Shown here piece after piece: positions 1-6,699 of a DNA stretch of 6,699 bases; position 1 is the first letter of the stretch, and each line of letters starts with the position of its first letter. The DNA lies in contig NW_021829310.1 of assembly GCF_006345805.1 (NCBI RefSeq), forward strand, positions 1-6,699, read 5' to 3'. Source of the DNA: Octopus sinensis (taxonomy: Eukaryota). Both the position numbers and the translations under genes were made by a program. The notes beneath the pieces were generated by a model. That model had not been told where the DNA came from. It did not search any database and worked only from the letters and a program-made list of their open reading frames with translations.

Positions 1-720
1 TTCTTCCAAAATGCATCAGCTCAAAGTTTTCCCTCGTTCAGTTGCATTTGTTTTCTGTCTGCCCATTGATTCACAGCATATAGATCAGACTGGAGTTTGA
101 GTTCGGTCTGCTTCTTCATTGACGATTTGGTGGATCTAGTGTCATCAGCAAATATTTTCACTTTGCAGTAATGTACGACGACACTGGAAGGTCGTTTATG
201 TAAATTATGAAGAGTAGCGGACCCAAGACAGTCCCCTGGGGGACAACCGCTGGTGACTTTTGCTGGGCTTGGAGACTCCATCACTACAAATGGTGTTCTA
301 TTCGCCAGGGAAATACTTAATCCAGTGTAGAACTTTTCCACGGATTCCAACATTTGCCAATTTTGAGAGTAGGATATTATGATCTACCCTGTCGAACGCT
401 TTACTGAAGTCAAGATATATGACGTCAGAGTTCGAACCTGTTCCCAAGGCTTGAGTACATCTTCAATGTGGTGGCAAGAGCTGTGTTAGACAGTCCCTGC
501 CACAGCGAAAGCCATGCTGATTTGCATTTAGGAGTTGTGGGTCTCCAGGAAGTCAGCTATCTCTTGATCTTAACACTCTTTCAAACACTTTAATGTGTGG
601 GAGGTTGAGTGAGATTGGGCGATAGTTGAGTGCGAGGGATCTGTTTCCCGTGTTTGAAAACCGGGATGACTGACTGAGATAGAAACTGTTTCGGTATATA
701 ACCTGCGTCTAACGAATATA
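1..720 (-). mobile_element. Degenerate non-LTR retrotransposon (CR1/L2 group) ORF2 reverse-transcriptase fragment; multiple frameshifts; continues beyond position 1
   Basis: Manual minus-strand translation across frameshifts gives RT motifs in the correct order: SLDAGYIP..SVIPVFK (about 718-653), NYRPISL (627-607), KVFERV, QHGFR (519-505) followed by GRDCLTQLL, DVIYLDFSKAFDRVDH (426-379), KVTSG(C)P, FADD (152-141), LQSDL..V.QWA...MQLN, FELMHFGR (about 25-2). The listed ORF 21-353 is only one frame of this relic. Clade assignment is from motif resemblance. Confidence 0.93.
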
Positions 721-875
721 TAGGAAAATAAAAATAAGAATTAAGAAATAAGTGGAAATTTTACCGGTGAGTGTATTAAATGTTAAATTATAAGGCACAC
801 AAAAAGAAAATGACTATCCCCAGACACAACATGCTTCAACTATCTTGCAAACCAAATCCCAAAACGAAATATACA

Positions 876-905
876 TATACACACACATGCGTGTGTGTGT
901 GTATA
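876..905. repeat. Short (CA)n/(TG)n inverted microsatellite
   Basis: tatacacacaca-tgcgtg-tgtgtgtgtata; the two halves are reverse complements. Confidence 0.6.
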
Positions 906-908
906 AGA

Positions 909-1080
909 ATGGCGATCACCGTGCAATGTCTAAGGAATATAGTCTAATAAAGGGGCATATAAGCCCTCGACAAAAAAGAAGGCTTTCCTATCCGCGAAAG
1001 CCTTCTTTTCTCGTCAAGGGCTTATATGCCCCCTTATTTTTATTAGGCTATAATTTTAGTCATTGCACGGTGATCGCCAT
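909..1080. repeat. 172-bp imperfect palindrome (foldback / MITE-like)
   Basis: Left arm 909-987 (79 nt) is the reverse complement of right arm 996-1080 (85 nt), around an 8-nt loop ctatccgc. Perfect blocks are the outer 20 bp (atggcgatcaccgtgcaatg), ggggcatataagccct, and the inner aaaagaaggctttc. Confidence 0.92.
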
Positions 1081-1181
1081 AAGCTTCAAGCTTATATAAA
1101 AAGACTATTATTATTATTTACAGGATTGTAAATCGCGGCGCCATATAAAAAAAAACCCCATTCGCGCCGAAAGCATATACA

Positions 1182-1183
<2 letters not shown>

Positions 1184-1229
<46 letters not shown>
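1184..1229. repeat. (TA)n microsatellite
   Basis: Uninterrupted TA run of 46 nt. Confidence 0.98.
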
Positions 1230-1230
<1 letters not shown>

Positions 1231-1234
<4 letters not shown>

Positions 1235-1489
1235 AATGCGCCGTTTTAAAGCCTAGCCAGGCTCATGGGCCCGGTTTCCCGGTTTCCCGGTTTCCATGGC
1301 GTATGTGTTCCCCAGCTGGATGGGACGCCAGTCCATCGCAGCGCTACTCATTTTTGCCAGCTGAGTGGACTGGAGCAACGTGAAGTGAAGTGTTTTGCTC
1401 AAGAACACAACACGCCGCCCGGTCCAGGAATCGAAACCGCAATCTTACGATCATGATGCTGACACCCTAATCACTAACCCACGCGCCTC

Positions 1490-1492
<3 letters not shown>
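1231..1492 (-). mobile_element. tRNA-derived SINE, family A (CORE-like central domain)
   Basis: On the minus strand: head gtggaggcgcgtgggttagtgattag (A-box-like), ggtttcgattcc (B-box-like), then gtgttcttgagcaaaacacttcacttcacgttgctccagtccactcagc. Homologous copies lie at 4674-4834 (+) and 6138-6218 (-). Internal CCGGTTTC x3 at 1271-1294; the 3' end abuts (TA)n. The CORE-like label is from recalled consensus. Confidence 0.8.
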
Positions 1493-1522
<30 letters not shown>

Positions 1523-1565
1523 ACACACATACATATATATACATGGTGTGTATATATACATATAT
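1491..1565. repeat. Compound (CA)n/(TA)n microsatellite
   Basis: CA run followed by mixed cata/tata units. Confidence 0.92.
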
Positions 1566-1599
1566 TGCATGGTGTGGATGTGGGTTTCTTTAAAACTAA

Positions 1600-1790
1600 A
1601 CTGGATCTCTTCTTGTCGGGGGTCCCAGCTGAACCTACCTCTCGGCAGGAGACACAGATGCGGGCAGCGGCATCGAACTCCCTTGTCGACCAAGTGCCAC
1701 ATATCAGAGGTGGATTCACATACTAGTGTAGCTCATTCAACGGTGGTGCCCCAGCATGGCCACAGCCTTCTGGCTGAAACATTTTTAAGG
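1600..1790 (+). mobile_element. Unclassified retroposed fragment (element E) whose 3' end is homologous to the SINE family B tail
   Basis: 1731-1781 gctcattcaacggtggtgccccagcatggccacagccttctggctgaaaca aligns to 3343-3392 gctcgactaaaggcggtgctccagcatggccgcagtcgactgactgaaaca. The upstream part has no match in this window, and the 5' boundary is uncertain. Confidence 0.55.
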
Positions 1791-2070
1791 ATTTATACAT
1801 ACATATATATATATACAGAACTAAATTCATTTTTTTAAATGTCTTGCTTTGAAAAACTGCATTTGGTATGATTAGTATAATTTGGTAGTAATGACTTTGT
1901 CCCTCTTAGTGTGAGGCATTTGTGTAATAATGCCCTCTATACAATATAGATATAATTATTTGTTCAAAAGAAAAATTATTTTCGAATTCTTTTCTTTTAT
2001 GAGGTTTTCACGCTAGCTGCCGATAATTTCTTGTTAGATCCCTTATTAAGAGATTATCCTTATTGTTAAA

Positions 2071-2072
<2 letters not shown>

Positions 2073-2119
<47 letters not shown>

Positions 2120-2140
2120 TATATATCTATATATATATAT
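2073..2140. repeat. (TA)n microsatellite, slightly interrupted
   Basis: Long TA run with two interruptions near its end. Confidence 0.97.
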
Positions 2141-2325
2141 TAATCCAAACATGAAAACACAAAAGAGAAAACACAACAACGCGAGGACGTGGACCACGTA
2201 TAATGTCATTGGACGCTCAGGAAAGAAGGAAAGAAGGAGGGTTTAACGTTTCGAGCGGAGCTCTTCGTCAGAAACATAGGAAAAGGAAAGATCCAAAGAA
2301 GGGAAGACGAAGGAAAAAAAAAATA
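2141..2325 (-). mobile_element. Short non-coding element carrying a hammerhead motif; probable Penelope-like element terminal-repeat remnant or non-autonomous derivative
   Basis: Contains the hammerhead fold at 2241-2275, is strongly pyrimidine-rich on the minus strand, and its 3' end runs into (TA)n. The association of minimal hammerheads with Penelope-like elements is established; boundaries and class here are inferred. Confidence 0.55.
2241..2275 (-). ncRNA. Minimal type I hammerhead ribozyme motif
   Basis: Minus strand reads GUUU-CUGACGA-A-GAGC-UCC-GCUC-GAAA-CG-U-U-AAAC. Stem I is GUUU/AAAC, the core is CUGANGA plus GAAA, stem II is GAGC/GCUC, and stem III is the palindrome ACGU. Predicted cleavage follows the GUU triplet, between 2245 and 2244. 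Confidence 0.8.
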
Positions 2326-2349
2326 AATCGATAAATCTTATATATTTTA

Positions 2350-2380
2350 TCTTTTACTTGTTTCAGTCATTGGATTGCAG
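2350..2380 (-). mobile_element. 3' tail fragment of a family B-type SINE
   Basis: tcttttacttgtttcagtcatt is identical to 5119-5140, the tail of the family B copy; similarity is lost after about 30 nt. Confidence 0.65.
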
Positions 2381-2708
2381 AAGAATTTTTTAGTAGAATA
2401 AATAGACCCATGTAATTAGAAAAAAAAACTAGTATAGGCACAAATCGCCACGACAGACTTATTTCAAATAGAGATAGACTAAGCTGAAAAAAAAGTTTCA
2501 ATAAGCCAAAAGAAAAAGAAACAAAAAAGAAACAAAAACAAACAGACTATTGACTGAAAATAGGATTCACTGCAACTGTTGAGTTAAATATTTAAGTAAT
2601 TTCTTCCATAGGGACTTTGAAGTTACGCCGGTGGACGATATCATTAGGAATGACAAGACGGTCGATCGTTGAAACTTGGAAGTCAATGTTAAGAAAAGTT
2701 GCCAACTA

Positions 2709-2939
2709 TTCTTATTTCTTATTTCTTTATTACCCACAGGGGCTAAACATAGAGGGGACAAACAAGGACAGACATAGGGATTAAGTCGATTACATCGACC
2801 CCAGTGCGTAACTGGTACTTATTTAATCGACCCCGAAAGGATGAAAGGCAAAGTCGACCTCGGTGGAATTTGAACTCAGAACGAAATACAGCTAAGCATT
2901 TCGCCCGACGTGCTAACGGTTCTGCCAGCTCGCTGCCTT
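2709..2939 (-). mobile_element. tRNA-derived SINE, family C (Deu/Nin-like central domain)
   Basis: Reverse complement of 3928-4161 with a 12-nt internal deletion at about 2883. A-box-like tggcagaaccg, B-box-like gagttcaaattcc, central gcctttcatcctttcggggtcgattaaataagtaccag, and a (gaaataa)n tail. The Deu/Nin label is from recalled consensus. Confidence 0.82.
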
Positions 2940-3005
2940 GCTCCGATTTAAATATTAAATTTAAAAAAAAAATTTAACGTATCGACGAAATGTTTTCCAT
3001 AAAAT

Positions 3006-3410
3006 AGGCGCAGGCGTGGCTGTGTGGTAAGTAGCTTGCTTACCAGCCACATGGTTCCGGGTTCAGTCCTACTGCGTGGTACGTTGGGCAAGTGTCTTCT
3101 ACTATAGCCTCGGGCCAACCAAAGCCTTGTGAGTGGAATTAGTTGACAGAAACTGAAACAAGTCCGTCGTATATATCAATATGTATGTGTGTGTGTTTGT
3201 GTCTCTGTGTCTGTGTTTGTCCCCCCAACATCGCTTGACAACCGATGCTGGCAGGTTTGCGTCCCCGTTACTTAGCGGTTCGGCCAAAGAGACCGATAGA
3301 ATAAGTACTAGGCTTACAAAGAATAAGTCCCGGGGTCGATTTGCTCGACTAAAGGCGGTGCTCCAGCATGGCCGCAGTCGACTGACTGAAACAAATAAAA
3401 GAATAAAAGA
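3006..3410 (+). mobile_element. tRNA-derived SINE, family B, full length
   Basis: A-box-like tggctgtgtgg (3017-3027), B-box-like ggttcagtcc (3060-3069), CORE-like ttgggcaagtgtctt, an internal (TG)-rich tract and an (ataaaaga)n tail. Collinear with the inverted copy at 5111-5495. Confidence 0.88.
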
Positions 3411-3927
3411 TTGGTTTGGAAACAGCTGAACACTGCAAAGGAGTCAGTAGCCACGGCAACAAAGACCAGTCTAAGGGAGATGTGGTGGACAAGAGACCGC
3501 AAATGGAACCCTTCGATAGGCGAAGGCTAATTCAGTCTTCGCTGCCTCACTCAAGCAAAGCGTATAAACTAACGTCTGAAGCGCTTGTAACTCTGAGATA
3601 CTTGATGGAGAATAAGACGAATTAACATTGCAATAGCTTTAGTCATCATCAGGAGAAGAACTTAGAACATCATTAAGTTATTCCTGCAACTTGTGCATGA
3701 GGCAAAAAGCATCTCTGATGTTTAGTTCAGCTGATATGCTGCTTGTGAGCCGCAATCGTAACGTCGACAATAACAAAAACGACAACAACGACAACTGTAA
3801 ATCGGAATATAAATATAAAATTTCAACTGGTAACTCTTAGGTACGTAAAGGGTGCGGCAGCCTGCCGCCAGTGAAGTTATGTAAGGAGAAACGGTGACTT
3901 CATCTAGCTGATATTTTACCATTTATT

Positions 3928-4650
3928 AAGGCGGCGAGCTGGCAGAATCGTTAACACGCCGGGCGAAATGTGTAGCCGTATTTCGTCAGCCGTTACGTTC
4001 AGAGTTCAAATTTCACCGAGGTCGACTTCGCCTTTCATCCTTTCGGGGTCGATAAATTAAGTACCAGTTACGCACTGGGGTCGATATAATCGACTTAATC
4101 CGTTTGTTTGTCCTTGTTTCTCCTCTCTGTGTTTAGCCCGTTGTGGGTAGTAAAGAAATAGGTATTTCGTCTGCCGCTACGTTCTGAGTTCAAATTCCGC
4201 CGAGGTCGACTTTGCTTTTCATTCTTTCGGGGTCGATAAATTAAGTACCAGTTACGCACTGGGGTCAATGTAATCGATTTAATCCCTTTGTCTGTCCTCT
4301 CTGTGTTTAGCCCCTTGTGGGTAGTAAAGAAATAGGTATTTCGTCTGCCACTACGTTCTGAGTTCAAATTCCGCCGAGGTTGACTTTGCCTTTCATTCTT
4401 TCGGGGTCGATAAATTAAGTACCAGTTACGCTCTGTGGTCGACGTAATCGACTTAATCCCTTTGTCTGTCCTTGTTTGTCCCCTCTATGTTTAGCCCCTT
4501 GTGGGCAATAAAGAAATAAGAATGCTTAGCGACATTTCGTCCAACTTTACGTTCTGAGTTCAAATTCCGCCGAATCCAGCTTCGCCTTTCGTCCTTTCGA
4601 CTAGTCTCTTCCCTCAAAATTTCAGGCTTTGTGCCTTTAGTAAAAAGGAT
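3928..4650 (+). mobile_element. Family C SINE followed by head-to-tail tandem units of its body
   Basis: Head 3928-3977, then units starting gtatttcgtc at 3978 (184 nt), 4162 (174 nt) and 4336 (about 185 nt). A more diverged fourth unit starts at 4521, with similarity to 4599 and a different downstream tail to about 4650. Confidence 0.88.
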
Positions 4651-4673
4651 GTTTTACCGTATATTTTTCAGTT

Positions 4674-4834
4674 GTGAAAGCGTGTGAACTAATGATTAGA
4701 GATGTTGCATCCATGATCTAGCGATCATGTGTTCGATTCCCAGAACGAGCGGCGCAGTGTGTTCTTGAACAAGACACTTCATTTCAAATTGCTCCTGTGC
4801 ACTCAGCGGTAAATGGGAAACCCTGCGACGGACT
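4674..4834 (+). mobile_element. Diverged family A SINE
   Basis: gtgaaagcgtgtgaactaatgattag head, gttcgattcc B box (4731-4740), and gtgttcttgaacaagacacttcatttcaaattgctcctgtgcactcagc align to the reverse complement of 1338-1492. The element may extend to about 4990. Confidence 0.75.
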
Positions 4835-4899
4835 AATCTTCCGACCAATAGTAATGTTGGCCTGCTTCTTTAACCGGCGATGGGGTACCGTTCGAAAGC

Positions 4900-4917
4900 A
4901 AAAAAAAAAAAAAAAAA
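4900..4917. repeat. Poly(A) run
   Basis: 18 consecutive A. Confidence 0.9.
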
Positions 4918-5110
4918 CGATGCAAAGCGCATTGTGACCAGCGATGTACAATAACGTCCGATAGTCTGGTCGATCACGTGATCACATGATTTTTTTTTCA
5001 GTTACCATCATGGTTTGAACCGGGGCACACCGTACGTTTGCTGTAGAAACGTTGACCAAGAATGGTGAATCTGGAAAGTTGTTTGTTTGCCGCACACTGC
5101 ATATATATAG

Positions 5111-5495
5111 TCTTTTACTCTTTTACTTGTTTCAGTCATTTGAGTGCGGCCATGCTGGAGCACCGCCTTTAGTCGAGCAAATCGACCCCAGGACTTCTTC
5201 TTTGCAAGCCTAGTACTTATTCTATCGGTCTCTTTTGCCGAACCGCTAAGTTACGGGGACGTAAACACACCAGCATCGGTTGTCAAGCGATGTTGGGGGG
5301 ACAAACACAGACACACAAACATATACACATACACATACATATATACGACGGGCTTCTTTCAGTTTCCGTCTATCAAATCCACTCACTCCGAGGCTATAGT
5401 AGAAGACACTTGTCCAAGGTGCCACGCAGTGGGACTGAACCCGGAACCATGTGGTTGGTAAGCAAGCTACTTACCACACAACCACTCCTACGCCT
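5111..5495 (-). mobile_element. tRNA-derived SINE, family B, near full length
   Basis: Reverse complement of 3006-3410, with aaggctttggttggc replaced by a single t at about 5388 and a (tcttttac)2 tail on the plus strand. Confidence 0.88.
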
Positions 5496-6137
5496 CCACA
5501 CAGAGGAACGTCTTTGCAGCTTTATAGACCTCTCCATCCCGCGGGCAAATCAATGCACTGAGCCCTATAGTATTTATTTAGTGAGAGTATGCCACAGAAC
5601 ACATAGATCAGAATTGGGTCCCTAGGCCCGTAAGGCCCCGGGCAATTACCCAGTATGCCCGAGTTTAGCTGAAGTCCCGTACTTTAAACTTAGACCGTAA
5701 AGCGGCGATGCGTCGAATATCCACCTACAGTCAGGTGATGCTGTGGTAAGTACATCAATTTAGTACCCAGAATTAAATTACTCTGGCTTGATATCACGTG
5801 TATGGACATTAGAAATGGGGGTGATGGTAGGGGGGGGTTTTTGACTTGTAATCGTGTATTGAAAAGTGTTAGTAAAAGAAAAGAGGCAACAGTTAACGAA
5901 TGTTTGAGAAGCATTTCTATAACGTATAGTATATCCTATTCTATAGTATTCTATATGATGGACTCCCCTGTCGAAGACGACGTATGAGTGTTCAGTTTTT
6001 ACTGGACGACCTACGCAAATAATTTGTTTATAGGGATCAAATGTATCTGCTGTACATAAGCTCACTCTCTCCATCAAATAGACATTACCTGTACAGGTGC
6101 ACAGGTGTGCCACACGTCAGGTGTCGAAATGATCGCA

Positions 6138-6218
6138 GAGCAACGTGAAATGAAGCGTTTAGTTCAAGAACACAACGCAGCACCCGGTCCGGGAATCGAA
6201 CCCATCCAAATCATACGA
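6138..6218 (-). mobile_element. Family A SINE fragment (B box plus start of core)
   Basis: gagcaacgtgaaatgaagcgtttagttcaagaacacaacgcagcacccggtccgggaatcgaaccc matches 1373-1439. Confidence 0.78.
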
Positions 6219-6547
6219 GACAAAAATCGCAGCAAGAAAACAAGAATTCCTTGGGCGAACAGTCGATTGTTTTCGCCCACTTGCTTTCATCAGTCGCATA
6301 AAACTTTCAACTAATCTATGACGGAATCCACAAGTTGGGTGGCTACACTGCTAACTGACATATTGAATTTGATTTCTGCTTCTTGGTGTAGAGTTCCAGA
6401 TAAGGAACCAGATCTATTGTATTGGCAACAAATTCCATGTCGTAATAATCATGGCTTCATAATACAAATTTCCTTGCGTTCAGTCATATACAGCACCGCC
6501 CTAGTGAAGTCCTCAGGGTATACTCATAACTATCGACTGAAAGGGCG

Positions 6548-6603
6548 ATATATACACGCACATACATATATACATACGTATACATACATATGTATGTGTG
6601 TGA

Positions 6604-6636
<33 letters not shown>

Positions 6637-6639
6637 AGC

Positions 6640-6699
<60 letters not shown>
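6548..6699. repeat. Compound (TACA)/(TA)n microsatellite running off the window end
   Basis: Mixed tata/taca/tatg units followed by a pure TA run. Confidence 0.97.

Noticed and set aside
845-1099. 84-aa ORF
   Set aside because: It runs through a microsatellite and the palindrome and has no recognisable motif.
1619-1700. gggggtcccagctgaa resembles the 5' end of the CPEB3 HDV-like ribozyme
   Set aside because: No proper P1' or P2' complement follows in the required order, so the double pseudoknot cannot be built.
1265-1838. Overlapping ORFs on both strands
   Set aside because: They are translations of a SINE and a (CA)n tract (THTHTH, CVCVCV).
2590-2708. Possible exon after ttcttccatag, including a VETWKSMLRKV-like frame
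   Set aside because: The frames are short, no clear donor site was seen, and no convincing domain match could be made without a search.
3006-3075. tRNA gene at the SINE heads (also 1420-1492, 3928-4015, 4674-4740)
   Set aside because: Only A-box- and B-box-like motifs are present; there is no complete cloverleaf, and each continues into a repeat body.
3510-3542. Two mutually exclusive hairpins sharing cgaagg (ccttcg/cgaagg versus gcgaaggct/agtcttcgc)
   Set aside because: The stems are only 6-9 bp, which is plausible by chance, and there is no supporting context.
3416-3625. 69-aa ORF in apparently unique sequence
   Set aside because: It is short, starts at TTG, and has no recognisable domain or splice support. 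It cannot be excluded as an exon without RNA-seq.
3978-4520. CRISPR-like or coding tandem repeat (ORF 4095-4367 with duplicated NSERSGRRNTYFFTTH)
   Set aside because: The units are about 180-nt SINE bodies with no unique spacers; the peptide repeat merely mirrors the DNA repeat.
5144-5625. ORFs of 105 and 111 aa (and their mirror ORFs at 3102-3429)
   Set aside because: They lie largely within family B SINE copies and are open by chance.
6465-6516. CUGAGGA...GAAA on the minus strand
   Set aside because: Stem II would be 3 bp with a loop of about 30 nt and there is no stem I pairing, so this is a chance match.

Overview
This is eukaryotic, repeat-dense, non-genic DNA with no host gene that I can support. 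The repeat families and long (TA)n tracts resemble those I recall from octopus (coleoid cephalopod) genomes; that attribution is from memory, not a search. The window contains a frameshifted CR1/L2-group LINE reverse-transcriptase relic (1-720, minus) and a 172-bp foldback palindrome (909-1080). It also has at least three families of tRNA-headed SINEs in several copies and both orientations, one amplified as a head-to-tail array (3928-4650), and many microsatellites. The most interesting signal is a minimal type I hammerhead ribozyme fold on the minus strand (2241-2275), of the kind associated with Penelope-like elements, inside a short non-coding element that runs into a (TA)n tract. A second notable signal is a 3' tail stem-loop structure, with compensatory base changes, shared between a SINE family and an otherwise unrelated element.
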